DNA of 61,577 bases, filler included, from Choristocarpus tenellus KU-1152 (lineage: Eukaryota > Protista > Phaeophyceae): NCBI GenBank assembly GCA_964200185.2. It is 12 parts of 12 records of this genome, joined end to end, with 100 filler letters (N's around TTAATTAATTAA, not from the genome) between each part and the next. Parts side by side here need not be neighbours in the genome. Positions count along the whole stretch, not along the records: positions 9,849 to 13,502 come from CAXNAD020018704.1; positions 13,603 to 20,157 come from CAXNAD020007876.1; positions 20,258 to 23,926 come from CAXNAD020018610.1; positions 24,027 to 27,594 come from CAXNAD020019210.1; 8 more parts are not named here. One strand, 5' to 3'. The notes beneath the pieces were generated by a model. That model ran no database searches and was not told the origin of the DNA. It saw only the letters and a list, made by a program, of their open reading frames with translations. Made by a program: the position numbers and the translations under genes. This document shows, piece by piece, positions 10,744-24,384 of the stretch (position 1 is its first letter; each line of letters begins with the position of its first letter).

Positions 10744-13602
10744 AGGAGTGGCTACAGAGTGTTCGTCGTTTGCACAGAGGGATGGAAGTCACAGGACAGT
10801 GCAAGTCTCCATGCTGTCTATCACCTTGTGATGGTCACTCGTGCTGAGTGAATCCATTCAACTCTGTTTTTTCAAGACAATTTCATGGCAAGGATGCTGT
10901 ATGTTGGAACCAGCTTGTGATTGCACAGTTATGGTCTTGTTCAGTAACTGTAGTGCCAATGAAGGAGGAGTGTGGTGTCGCATTTTTTTTTTGTTACATG
11001 TATCTTTAAGGTGTGCACTGCATTAACTGTGAGTAGGCCATTGTAATGCCAAAATTTGATCGCACAAGAAACAGTGGTAGATCTTAGTGTAGCAGAGGTG
11101 AGGCAGATTGCTCAATAGTAGTGCAGAGGACAGCAGAGTTGTACGAGGAAGTGTTACAGTGCTGGCGATTGCTTGCTATGCACTCCCTCCTCCAAATACC
11201 ACCAAGTGCTTGGAATATTTTTTTAAGGTAGAGGCAATGTGTCCCATCAATACAACAGTTTGTTGTGAAGAGTATTGTAATTGTAGTTTGAAGGAATGAT
11301 AATGATGATGATGGTCAATGGTGAAAATACCTTCATGTTTTCATTGTAGTATTTCTTTTCTTGGTGTGGAAGGCAGCTAACCGATTGTTCCACAACCCAT
11401 TTCAAGACACATGGCATTCAGTGCCCCACCACAATCAGGAAAGAAACAAAGGGCACTAGAGAAATGTCCGTGCAAGACAAATCTCTGCATTGCTCACAAT
11501 GTATGGTGAGAACAGGGATTAAGTTTCTCTCCTAGCAAAAATTATGTTTTGCGAATGCTGTATCAACCACATAAACCGAAAACAACAAAGCGTCCACCAA
11601 GATAAAATTGCAATGCTTACCTCACACCAAGGTGGAGTATGGCCCAATGCACCTTAAATTTGCTACTGGTCACTCATAACCCTAATCAATCCACCAAACT
11701 CCAGAAGGGTTGGCATGAGGCTCGACCGCACATGATGCATCTGAGCTGCAATCGTCCACTATGTCACCCTGGAGATCTCTTGTAGATCCTCTCCAACCCT
11801 GTATTGGTCGAGGGAGGACATGGGGGGTCAGGTGTCCAAGCTTGACTAACCTTAGAAATGTGCCGTTGCATCCTCTCCCTGCTTAGGCATGGGAACCTTT
11901 ATGCCTAGCGGCGAATGATGAACAACTTAAGAGGTGCCTTACTTACCACCTTGGCTTGCAATGGGCGAAGCATTAAATGGGTGCACAAGGGAGTTGAAAG
12001 ATAATTTGCACCTTGGCAACATGCCACGACTTTCCCTCCGTTCATGAAGCTCCTCAAGCTCCACTGTAGTAGTTCCAGTCGTCCGTTAATTTAGGTAGCT
12101 GGACCTTCGACCTCTGACGTCGCCTGCAGTGAATAAAATGCCCACCAGACCCTGAACTCGCCAATACCTGACCTCCGACTCCTGCTGCTCCTGAAGCCAA
12201 CTACATCCGGACTGTCGATGCTATCTTCGAAAGCTTCACCCACAACGGGTTCGACAGGTCGACTTGGACTTGTGCACGACCAGTTAGAGGTCGCGTATTG
12301 GACAGAAATGGCCTGGACGGTGGGATCATCCAACGGCCGATTCTATCATCATTCATCCTAAATAGTTGCTCCTACCCTTACTAGACCTTGAAGAGCGCCT
12401 AAGGTAGGGGCTCCAGAGTAGAAGATGAACTTGTAGGATCCCTTCTCGATGCGAAGACTTGATGAAGTAGCTGGAAAGAGACTTACGGTTCTTTCTCAGG
12501 TTCACAATCTGGCGGACATATTTTACGCCGCAACCAAGGACAGAGGTCTAAGATGCAGTCACCCAAATTAGAAGACGACTCGAACTATCTATCGACACTG
12601 AGAGAACGAAGCTTTACGAGCCTCATCAAGGGAGGGGAAGCCCGCAGCATGCTGCCAAGGTATAAATTCTCTTTCAGTCTGTCGTGCTCCCATGAATTGT
12701 TAGGCGCATTAGAGGAGCAGGAGCGACGAAGAATAGGATGTAATGTGAATGTAAGAGAGTTGTGAGTTCATAGCATAAGAGTACCTCTAAACTTGAGAGC
12801 ACAACAGATAGATGTTTTAGATTGACTGAGCAACGTCACAAGAGAGAAATGGATCGGTCAGAATCGGAATGGATCTTCGTTCTGACAAACATCTTGACTG
12901 TTTCGTCAAATCCGGATCTTATGGGTGTGGTTGGTTTTAATTTACTGATGGGTAAGGGCGAGTTCCAATGACTTGGTTAGCGCGCGCAAATGTAGATGAC
13001 TGTGCACGTTACCCACAAATAATGTGCTTGATCGAGATACCAAAAAAGGAACCTGTCCCTGACATAACCAATCTTTAATTAAGGTTAGGTATATTGTTGT
13101 ATTATTAGTAGTAGCAGTATAGTACATTATATAATAGTTAGATATGATATTATCATTTCATTATTAACGACATTTTGTAGTATTTATACATCAGTCCTTC
13201 CAATGAAGTTTTGATTTTTCTCTGACACATCTACAAAAACCCATTAGTCATCAATATATGTATATGTCCTTACAACAAACTTTTGGGGGTTTTGTTCTGT
13301 CTAGATTTCCCTCAAGTGAATTTGAGAGGTTGGGTTAAGACCTTTGAAACTTGGTCTCACCCTCCGAGGTGGAAAAGTTCAGTCTGGTGATTGTGATTTC
13401 CTCCTTGTCGAGCTTTGGCGCCTTGATATTTCCACAGTTAACAGTGGATTCTCAAAATTGAGGATGGAGCGGGACTATGAGGATGGTTGTTTTGCGAAAA
13501 CGNNNNNNNNNNNNNNNNNNNNNNNNNNNNNNNNNNNNNNNNNNNNTTAATTAATTAANNNNNNNNNNNNNNNNNNNNNNNNNNNNNNNNNNNNNNNNNN
13601 NN

Positions 13603-13651
13603 CAAATGGACACCCTGGTGTAGAACCCCCCCCCCCCAGATACTTTGGGTC
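13603..13651 (+). mobile_element. MITE family B right end (contig edge, in an intron of the HECT gene)
   Basis: CAAATGGACACCCTGGTGTAGAA(C)nAGATACTTTGGGTC. Confidence 0.85.
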
Positions 13652-13837
13652 AGAGTTGAACAAGAGACTCCCTTCTCCATGGCCTCCCCTTCTGACGTAG
13701 GTGAGTACATCTTGCATACCCACATGTAGAGGAGAAAAGGACACGCAACACGTAGAAAGGAAGCAATAGCAGTAATACAGAAAAAAAGTCCTAGAAAAAC
13801 GAAATCGCACCATGCCCAATGAAATAGCCCATCTCAC

Positions 13838-16800
13838 CTGTAGGTCATCAAGGTCAATGTCAGGAAGGCCTGAGATGAGCAACTCCAACTCTTTGGGAGT
13901 GAAAATGCTAATAAGCTCTGGTGGTACCAACTCATGGAAACCTGCAGGGTTATAATGTATTTGGCAGGGCGTGAGGCTGAGAACCATGAGCAAGCTCTGA
14001 GTGCATGCAGGAGAGGGGGCGGCGGCGGTGGTAAAGTGATACCAAACTACTCTGATAACACACTCTCAAAAGATCCGTTGCTGAAAAATGACCATGCCCA
14101 AGCATTCAGGTTTCATTCAGAGAGCTCCTTACACTATTCTTGTTCAGTCACTGCCATAACTAGGTAGACAAAGCACTTCCAAATTCTTCACTCTGATGTA
14201 TCATCACATACATTGGGGTCAGTGCCGGCAAGGGGCAGGCTTGCTACTGGGGAGGGAGAAGCGGAAATACAATTGTACCTTCAAGGAATGACTCAATCTG
14301 TGTGCGGATGGAGTTGGTCATACGGTGGTGTGTGATGCGCTTTACCCATTCCAGCTTGTTGTCATCTGTCACAGAAATGTTGCGGCCATTGGGTACCAGG
14401 TCCACCACCTCATGTCGTCCTGCAAATGAAAAACACCAATGGGTCAAGCACAGGTTTGTGGAACGTGCTATTTCAGATGGAGAAAAAGCTAGTCTGCATT
14501 CCAAAAAGCATCTTGCTCCCTAAAATATGTGCCAAGTGTTTATTTCCACACTAACAGACCCTTGGAACCAACAAGCTGCATGAATCAACAGAAACAGGCA
14601 AGGGTAATCTACACAAGGACTAACTATAATGTACAACAATCTTTTGCAATTTCTGCCCTGATGCTCAGTTACTGTGAAAAATCGTCCATGTTCAGAAAGC
14701 ATTGTTACATACACTGAATGTGCCTACACCTCACAGTCCAATTAAAACCACCCTGGAATGTTGTGGTGTGGCACTTGGTCTTGTGGACAGATTTGGAGCC
14801 TATTTCAGCTGTCCTTTTTCCAATAATAAGGTTGAGTTGGAATTGGTTTAGTCGATTCAATAAACACTCCAAAGTACTACAAAGTACATAAAATATTCTC
14901 AACAATAATAAACAAGCTGCCTCAATTACACAACCACTACTAAACATGACTAAAAAACAGCAAAAGGCGTGCTTGTGCTCACTCATGCATGTGTAAATGT
15001 ACACTTACCAAACATCTCAGTGTCAGCACTAAAAGTAAGGTCCAGCCCAAGTGCCTCTAGGGGCCAGCTGGTGACCTGGAGAAGGTTCTTGTAGTAGTCT
15101 GGATCAATTGCCTCCATGTCGTGGTGAGTCACCTGCACACCCAGAATGTGCTGAGAGGATTGCACAAGAAAGAGTGCAGGTGGTGTGGCGGGTGGATTAG
15201 GGAAAGAAATATTGTTGTAATAGGGATATTGAGCAGGAGGGAGGGGGAAAAAGTCAAGATGGAAGGGCTGCACATAAACAGAACACTTAGGTTACAGAAG
15301 ACGGCAATATTCAATCCTCTTTACAAAAACATCTTGCACTCCCCTCCACTTCTCATCAGTTCCTTTCTTGCCACACTAAGAGCAGAAAATGGTAACACTC
15401 ATGTCAACACCAAAAGCAACAAGACCCAACACAACAGGTAATCCATCAACATCTGGGTCTGACACCAACCACACGCACTGTACTCCCAAAAAATTGAGCT
15501 CCATCCAATGGATCCAAAATCCCTTTTGTACCTCATCTAATAACTACTACATAGTATTCAAACCAGTACTACCAACACAACAGGAACAGCAGGTGCTAAC
15601 TGCATCATACACCAAACCACTTCAAACAGCCACACCACCAAACTCACACTAACCTTGATGCCAAGAGCATGAGCAAGGCCTTGCAAGATTTTTTGCAAGC
15701 CACCAACCCTTGACCCCAAGTCTACAGACTAAATTTACCAACACGTATCACTCTAAACCCCTTCTATTAATTCCACACACAAAGGTACACAGCCTTAGCT
15801 GTGGTCAATTCTCATCCTCTTGCACACCTTGTAGAAGGACTGTGTGAAGTGTGCATCCAAGAGCTGACCATCAGCTATCGCCTTCCCTACAATCCTACCC
15901 ACAAACTTGAAGTACGCCAGGTGGTCGGAGTTCACATGTGAGATGGGATTGGGCTGGAATGTAGCTCCATCTGCTGCTGCAATGAAGAGACCATAGTTCT
16001 GGTTGAAGATCTCTCTAGCCAGAATGGAGTACCTGGAGGTTGGGGTTACAATCTGATATTGATGACAACAGCCGCAAGTCAACCGTAGTGCGAAGTGCTG
16101 GGTGATTGCAGTGCCTGCCTGATCCCTGGAGGGAACAGCAAATGGTACTTGTATGTAGTATGGTACAACATAACCCCTAACTCTATTGAAGTACTGACCC
16201 ACATGATGTACACCGTACATCATGCAGTTATAGCCTTGTTTGTTCAATCCTCAACCTTTGCACTCCTTCTTGGACCTCACCCACTTACCACTCCCTAGTA
16301 AGCCCCCCTGCATCAATGCCTTCCTCCCCTTGGAAGTTGATGTGCAGCCGGCCTCGCATCTCCTCAGCATTACGGATTCGCAGCTGATGGAATGAGTATT
16401 CAAACACCTGGACTCAAATCAGGCGAGAGTTGGTGCCAGGGTACAGGAACATACAGGTAGCTGGTGAGGGGCACTTTGTGGGAGGAGCAGGTAAAGCAAT
16501 AGGAATACAATAGACGGTAGCATAGCATGTAGACATTGGTTCACATGGGTCAAAGGCAGGGGGGCTTAAGACAGGAGAGTACCGAAGGTAGATCCAATGT
16601 TCCAAGACTGGGATCTTTTCCCCTTTTGAAATGGGAACAAGATGACAATGCTAATTCGGTTCTTCACATTGGCCTGGCGGGTCTCAGGACCATTCCTAAA
16701 AGGTAGCATGTACAATAAGCAACAAAATGAAATCATTGATTAAGGCTGACAACAAGGGAAAGTTATGGATAGCTGTTGAAGAGTTAGACATGGTTGGCTC

Positions 16801-19800
16801 TCACCCTGTTGCGTGGCACCTGGAGCCTCAATGAACCATACCTCCTTGTAGAGGTCTGCCGCAAACGGCGCAGTTGGGACCTAGAAGAGTACACAAACCA
16901 CATACATAAATTAGAGCAAGTGGAAGTACAAGAGAGAGGGTTGTGAAGGTGAATGGCCATCTTGACGGGGGTAAATTTTGTCCTCTCGAGTTTAAATTTC
17001 CTTTTAAACCTTGTGCAATACATACCGTGCACATGGTCAAAATGCAGTTAACCCCCCGTTGAAGGGTGTGACTGATGAAGAGATCGCTTGTGAACACATT
17101 TTTAGCCAAAATCGCCCCCCACAACGTTCAAAACATTTTCACCACAATGCAGTCATAGGGGCATTTACTACCTTTGAGGAGCCTCCTGTGCAGCTTGCAT
17201 GTTTTGATATTTTCCTTAAAACAATTACTGTTGCTCCAAGAAAATTTACCTAATTTGAGGACATAAATACTGATCACCAGGTATGATTTTCATGAGCATA
17301 CCCAGTTCTCCAATGTGCACACACTGTGCCAATATGCCAAAGCAGGGGTGAGAAGTGAGAAGCAAGGCCCTACGATTTCCAACCCACTCCATCCCAAACA
17401 TATACCAAGCAGCATCTCTGAAAGCTAAAATAGTTCCATAGTACTTGCTGCATAGGTTCAACATATTTCCCACCATGCTCTGTCAAGAAGTACTAATAAT
17501 GCCCAGAATGACCACTGAAGGAGTTTGTTTGTGGAACAACATGAAAAAATGAAGCTTCACACTGCATAAAGCATGTACTTGCAGTGCTTCAGTCATCCTC
17601 TTGCAAGGGAGTATTACAAGTGTATGAAAACAGTAAGGGATGAGAGTAGGGGTGCAGGGCGATCAAGAAAACCTACCTGAAAAACGAGCGCTTGTTTTCA
17701 AAGTCAAGGTGCTGCCGGCAGCGGGGATTTTGGACCATGGCACTCAGGCTCTTGTCCAAAAGGGATGGATTTTGGTGTAGCAATGCATTAAGCAGCTTCT
17801 TGTGCCTTGCCACAAAGTCACTTAATCTGCCACAATGATGTAGGGATTAAGAAGGCAGGGGCAGTGGGCAAAGAGGGAAAGTCACATTCGATTTGTATCA
17901 TACTCTTCCCCAATGCTCACTGGCACTAAGTGTATCTGTTCTTATGTTTGTGAGTCCTTTGTGCAGCAGGGGCATGGGAGGACCGACAAAATTTTCCAAC
18001 CCTACATCAGATGAAGTGCTCAGCCTTGATTGCCAGAAACTACTCTGCTGTGACTGGTTTTCTGGTCACCACTACAACATCTATCGCAACGCAGCAGGGG
18101 ACAAACCTGCTATATCCATTGTTCTACAAAATATACGCTGTTTTCTCCTCAGAAACAAGTATCGTACACGGGACGATGATATGAAGTGATAAGGACAACA
18201 AAACAACTTGCGTGTATCATACCATCCGGACAAGCCTGGTCTGGATTGGTTAGTTTCAAAGCACTGTGTCCACATTGTTCCACAATGTATTCATATATCA
18301 AAGCACATTAGGGTATGGTGGAGACTAAGAAAGTTCTCACCTGCGCATCTCCGGCGAGGACAACTTTTCTGCTTCTGTCTCCATGAGAGGTCGCATGTTG
18401 CTAGGAACATTCTTGCGGAAGCGCTGGGAATACGATTAGAAAGATGTGTCCATATTGCAGCATAAAGCACAAAGGCAGAGGGGTCATATTAACTCGTATT
18501 GGAGTTCTGTCACAGCGTGCTTTAGATGGATATGTATGTGCCTTTAGAGTGGAAAGGGTTGATGGGAAGGGGGGAGGCACTTACCCCTAGTCTTTTCTAT
18601 GCAGGAAAACATACATCTTTTATTCTACCATGGTAGTATGACAAGGAAACACACATTGACTGCTACTAACTGGAGGCCAACAAAGGATTCAATGGCTCTC
18701 ACCACAAGCTTCATAGAATGCATTGGGTGCCTCTATACAAACTACACATCGGGGAGCACCTCATGCCGTCACATTATTTCTACATCCAATCACCAAAAGC
18801 TTGTAGAAAGATAGTAAAAAAAAAGGGACAGGGCAATTTTAGCGATACAATCTACCGTACGCCCAGATGTAATCACATCCCAGGTATTAGGAATTGTGCA
18901 AACTCAAGATTCCACTAGATCAAGAAAAATAACCAGCACTACAGGTACTTTAATCCCCAACTTACTGCCCCAGGCATGGAGGACATCCTCTGAAGGCTCT
19001 CATGTCGCTTTACTGTCCTAGCAGTTGCCTCTACTGATCCTGTTTCACCCCTTTCAGCACCAGCCCAACCCCCTTCATCTCCTTCTTTCTTTTCCTCTCC
19101 CTTCTCCTCGTCATCCATCGTGTCATCCCCAAACCCTGGTGTTGGTGCCCCCCCAGCCCCAGCACCTGACTCTGTAGCAGCTACAGAACCAGGCTCAGCC
19201 ACAGAGCTGGGAGCTGCTGATGTAGCAGAGGTACCTTCAACACCTTCCATCTCTCCCATGCTCTCCTCTTCCACCAATGGGACAATTTCATCCAAGGCAT
19301 CCTTCAGGCCGTGTGAGGTCAGAGGTGTCGTGGTTGATTAGAGGAATGCATTAGTGGGTGGATCAGTTGATGAGTTTATGAGACTACTAGTGTGGGGTAT
19401 GCAGTAGGGGAGATTGTCACATCGTTGGGAAGTTAATGTATGCTTGGCCAGCAGAGAAAATCTATTGTCAAACACAGTTACCAACACCATGAAGATATAA
19501 TCAGCACTTTCTATTGCCACTGCAGCTTTATAATAGTACAGTGCACTTCATGTTACACATCATAGCCCCAGTCCTGTACATTTTGTCCCCTTCTCACCAT
19601 CACAACTGTTATCATGTTTGCACAGTGCTATGATAGATCTCAGCACAAAATGCTACATAGTACTTGAGGTATTTGTTTCTCACATCTTCTGGTGACTTTT
19701 CTCCTGAATGTTTTTGCTCTCTAGCATTCACCACAAAGAATGCCTCCACCACGGGCAGGAACCTTGCCACCAATCCTGCCATAGAGTGTGTCTTCTTTGC

Positions 19801-20110
19801 ACTGGGCACTACTCCTCCTGTGACAAAAATACAATGAAGGGGTTGAAATGTGATCCATGATCTCTGTGTAGGCACAAGAGTGGCATTGGAATAAACCATG
19901 TTCCAACACCATGCCACAAGTATACCTCATTTGCTGTGTCATTTCCCATCTCCCTGATACATCTCACTCGAAACAGTAGTATCTAATTCAACTGCACATT
20001 GCTACCTCCCCAAGAAAAACATAGTGTGTCAAAATCTCATCATTCAGTAGGTGCCATAGTAGTAGCTCTCACCTGCTGACAAGTCTCCAACTGCCCCACC
20101 TCCTCTCGCA
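13838..20110 (-). CDS. HUWE1: HECT E3 ubiquitin ligase, HUWE1/UPL1/Tom1-like (partial). Exons approx. 20073-20110+, 19684-19817, 18966-19301, 18341-18400, 17677-17826, 16805-16880, 16289-16407, 15828-16032, 15009-15150, 14279-14419, 13838-13941
   Basis: Spliced peptide contains [25 protein letters not shown]...[62 protein letters not shown] and [17 protein letters not shown]; GT-AG introns. Confidence 0.93.
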
Positions 20111-20114
20111 GGAG

Positions 20115-20154
<40 letters not shown>

Positions 20155-20257
20155 CCCNNNNNNNNNNNNNNNNNNNNNNNNNNNNNNNNNNNNNNNNNNN
20201 NTTAATTAATTAANNNNNNNNNNNNNNNNNNNNNNNNNNNNNNNNNNNNNNNNNNNN

Positions 20258-20284
20258 CCCCCCACCCCCCAGATACTTCGTCCC
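20258..20284 (+). mobile_element. MITE family B right-end fragment at contig edge
   Basis: (C)n-AGATACTTCGTCCC. Confidence 0.55.
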
Positions 20285-20558
20285 GGTAAGGGATTGACTT
20301 TGATGGGGCTGGCAGAGCAGAGGTAAAAATGAAAAACGTAATTTATGTACCACTGTGGGATAATGGCAACTCATGCATAAAAACGCAGAAAAGCAGCTCA
20401 ATGGAAAGCCCAATACCTTCACACACAGTAGTGAACTCTTTAGAAGTTTCAAATTTTATCATGTTTCTGCGCCGAGAAATGTGAAGATTGCGAAATGTGC
20501 AGATGCTAAAACCGATGAACACGCTTTTGTGCTTTGTACATTTTAAACTCCTCGGCAG

Positions 20559-23446
20559 GTGGATGGACTTCGTTTTCCGTTGAATCATCAGACCGCGTAC
20601 TTGGATGGCTCGACAATCTACGGCTTGAATGAAGACAATGTCAAGTCTCTACGCACATTAGAAGGTGGAAAGATGAACCTCACTGAAGACGGACTTCCAC
20701 ATTACTCTTACAATACAGAAGATGGCATAGAGGTCCAGGTGATGAGGATGGCATTCTCGACGAAGGAATCTGCCACAACATGAAGGAATGTGTGGATTGG
20801 CAGAGGGTGGCAGAAGTAGAGAATATTTATGACAAGTCAAAAACAACTTTTTGAGTTGGATGATACTTTTGGAGATGGTGCTCAGGTTTGATTCCGTGTG
20901 AATGCGCAATGTCAAAATATTGAATAGATGTCAAGTAGAGAAAGGGGTGTAGTTCAAATAGTGAACTTTGTAACTGTAGGGTGTGGACCATAGAAGTAGA
21001 AGCCTAATATGCACAATATCTCATGTTCCTATAAAGATATATCATCATGATTTCATATTTTGAAAAATATCATACCTAGGGAATATCCACCCGTTAAAGT
21101 CGTTAGAGTGAGTGTCTTCTTGTCCCTCGTATTCGATACAGACTGATGGAGGGCAATGGGTGCTTGCTGACCCAAGGAATGCCAACAACCTATCTCTCCT
21201 TTGGTGAGTATTGAAGCCATATGCCAGAGTTGGGATGATTTTTTTAGCGATGAAATACCGCATTTGGCGTGGATGAAGAGCCGAGACATTAATATGCTCT
21301 ACTCTGGTTCAAAAATGACAGAGTTCAGAATATTTTTTTTGTGTGATGTTGGTGCCTCTGTCTCTCGTAGGCGCCGACATCGTCACTACAACCATACTCA
21401 GCACTCGGTAAACTGGTTGGAACAAACCCTACTGCACTTTGAAAGCGTATGGAGTAATTATTATGGACCTACAGTCGCCATGCCTATCAGGAAGTGAAGA
21501 TGAATTGATGTGATTGTACACAGGTTGCAAGCTCTACCTTACTGATATACCAACATCACCAAGATCATTCACAAAATTCTCCTCCCCCACTTAACCTTTG
21601 TGTGCATGCAACTGCACTGCATTTGATATTCTCAACACCTGCCAAGCAGTCTTGTCATTATCTTCCTCCGTGAGCACAATCGGCGGGCAGGGGAGATAGC
21701 AGAAATTTACCCATCCCTGGATGATGAGGTAAGCTATTTTGGCGGAGTGACGTCCGTTTTTGTCGTGAGAAATGTATCCATCTTGGAATGACTTTCTGTC
21801 TTTGAGTAATGTTTCTACACGAGTCAGTCCCTTTTCACTGTGTTGCCAGGCACAAGTTCCTGGGGTGGAATGGGGGGGTTTAAATATGAGGTGTGTGTAA
21901 CAGGATTCATGGACCACCATCACAGCATCAAGCTGTTGGATCTTGCCGCAAAGGTACATTTAGCACTTGCAATCTCCAATGACATGCACCCTTGTGGAAC
22001 TTCTATGTTATCCTCTTTGTGAATTGGTAGATTTCTTGATGCCATGGAATATACTTCGACATATATAAACTTGAACTTTAATATATACCCTGAACCCTAC
22101 GTACCATAAAACCTGAAATGTATGAAATCATGAGAAATGAGGTTTGAGGTATGGTATCTACTACTTGGAGCATTTGGCATATCTTCTTGCTTGTTTTAGA
22201 TGGGAACGGTATCACTGCTTCTGCTAAATATATCGATCCATAAACATACCGCTACAATGCTACACCATGTTAAACAAATCTGGTTAAAGAAGACCTGCAG
22301 GACTATGTGCCACCCTTTCGCAAATTTTGATGGTTTCTCCTTGTGCTGAACCTGCCATGACATCTTTTACACTTGGTGGTGCAGGAGCTTTTCCAGCGTG
22401 CACGGCAATGGGTGGTGGCTTTGATTCAAACCATTTTTGAGTCCGAATATGGCCCAAGAGTTCTTGGGGAACCGTTGGGCACAAGAGTGTATGACGAGGG
22501 CGTGGATTCAACCATCGATGTTTTTTTTGCTGGAGTGGTGAGAAGAAAAATCTGTTTGTGCAGGCTTCAGTTCCTAACCAGTAAATCCAGCAAATGCATT
22601 CCTTTGTTTGCTTTGATTTTTGTTGTCTCTACAGCGTGACAGGTCTTCTACTTTGTATCCATCTCTCCAGTGAACGGACAGTGGAGTCAAATCTATGTGC
22701 CTGAGCAAAAGAAGAGAGTTTCTGAAGCCTAACTGGTGTCATGCACATGTTGACCTTTATCTTTTCTCCATTCTTTTTTTGTGCTTGTGATAATAGGCTT
22801 TTCGGTACGGCCACAGTGCTGTTAGTAATGTCAATCGACTCTTGGACGAGGAATTCTATCCAATTACTGGTGACCCCGTGCCTCTGCGGCAGACCTTGTA
22901 CAACACGCGGCCCATTGTGAGTAATTGTGCGGTTGCCAGACATTCCGGATGTGTGCAACTGCTTGGAGAGCAGGTCATTCACATCAATATGCAAGATCAG
23001 GGATAGTGAGAGGTTTGATTTAGCCGTTCATGAATAGGTTAAAACAACCTTGAGGCTAACATCTCAATTTTTTGAGCGCATGATGAGATATTTTGGGCAT
23101 AAGGAGGTAGGGGTTGGAGGAAAGTGTGCTGGAGTGCTTGTCTGACTGGGGTTTCTCCATAGTAGGATTTCATATGGAAACAAAGCCCTGGTATTCCAGT
23201 CTCTTGATTGCATTACTTTAGGGTGATCTAGGGTTTTTGTTTAGTGGCATATGAGACGTGCCGTACCCTAACAACATAAACGTTTGATTTTTGCCCCAAA
23301 TCCTTGGTCCAGATCTTTCATGTTGGAATCGAGCCTGTTCTTAGAGGACTTGCACTTGAGAACGACCATTTGGCGGATGCGGCTATTGTTGACGAAATGC
23401 TCCTGTTTAAGGTCTCGGTTCCAGTCTTCAATATTCAAAGGGGAAG
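20559..23446 (+). CDS. Animal-type haem peroxidase (peroxidase-cyclooxygenase superfamily), partial. Exons approx. 20559-20738, 21142-21203, 21650-21728, 22385-22537, 22797-22916, 23313-23446
   Basis: NHQTAYLDGSTIYG, ADPRNANN (distal Arg), FLREHNR, ELFQRAR...EY, AFRYGHS (proximal His) and NIQRGR in correct order, with compatible splice phases. Confidence 0.9.
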
Positions 23447-23850
23447 GTATAAATTACTTTATCTGAGAAAATCGGAAAGAAATCGCTCACTGCTGCAGAT
23501 TAATTCATTTACTTCTTTGACTCGTTTTCTGCTGTGATGAGGGAATAATGAAGTTCCCAACTGTACAGAAGAGATAACAGAGAAATAACGCAGGGGTTGC
23601 AGGATGCTGCGTGATATGAGATAATTATTTCAGGGGGAATAAAGTCGGAACTCTTGTTCCTATCATTGTCCATTCCAGTATTTATTGTTCCAGATGTACT
23701 TAGCGTCAGTAGGGCGACCGATAATGTTATCTCCATTACAGTTTGTACGCAAGGAGGTTAGAACTGCACCCAGTGCCTAAAGAAGGGAAAAATAGTCTCT
23801 TTTGCGAGCTTGCAGGGTGGTGTTTCGAGAAACCCTTTCAAAGATTTTAT

Positions 23851-23926
23851 GGCTCAAAGCATCTGGGGGGGGGGGGGGGGGGGGAGGGGTGTCCGTTTGG
23901 GGGTTATTTTTTGGTTTGGCTTTTTT
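23851..23926 (+). mobile_element. MITE family B left end at contig edge
   Basis: GGCTCAAAGCATCT(G)n...TGTCCGTTTGGGG. Confidence 0.8.
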
Positions 23927-24384
23927 NNNNNNNNNNNNNNNNNNNNNNNNNNNNNNNNNNNNNNNNNNNNTTAATTAATTAANNNNNNNNNNNNNNNNNN
24001 NNNNNNNNNNNNNNNNNNNNNNNNNNAAGAGGGGGCTGGAGGAGTGGGGAAGATATCTTTGCTATCTAAAAGGCATAAAAAAAGTTCCATGCTTGACTTC
24101 CTTCAAGCGCGAACTAATCCTGACCACTCTGCAGCAAAACACTAGCATAGGATATGTCACACACAAAAAAACTAACACACTGTACAATGACAACCATCCA
24201 GAAAACAAGAAGTTTTAAGGAGTGAGAGGAAATAAATATCACATCAGTAAAAAGCCCCCTCTTGCATCCTCCCTCACAATGGTCACATTAATTTCGAAAC
24301 AGTCAAGGTGGTCACATTAATGGGGAGGCAACTCCAGAAAAAGTCTTCAAAAAAAAACTGCAAGGCCTGACACACACAACATAC

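Noticed and set aside
11450-12950. Decayed coding-like sequence, possibly a retroelement or endogenous virus
   Set aside because: No motif could be recognised by eye; needs tBLASTx/HMM search
16957-17068. Short imperfect inverted repeat in a HECT-gene intron (possible tiny MITE)
   Set aside because: Single copy, weak arms, no TSD
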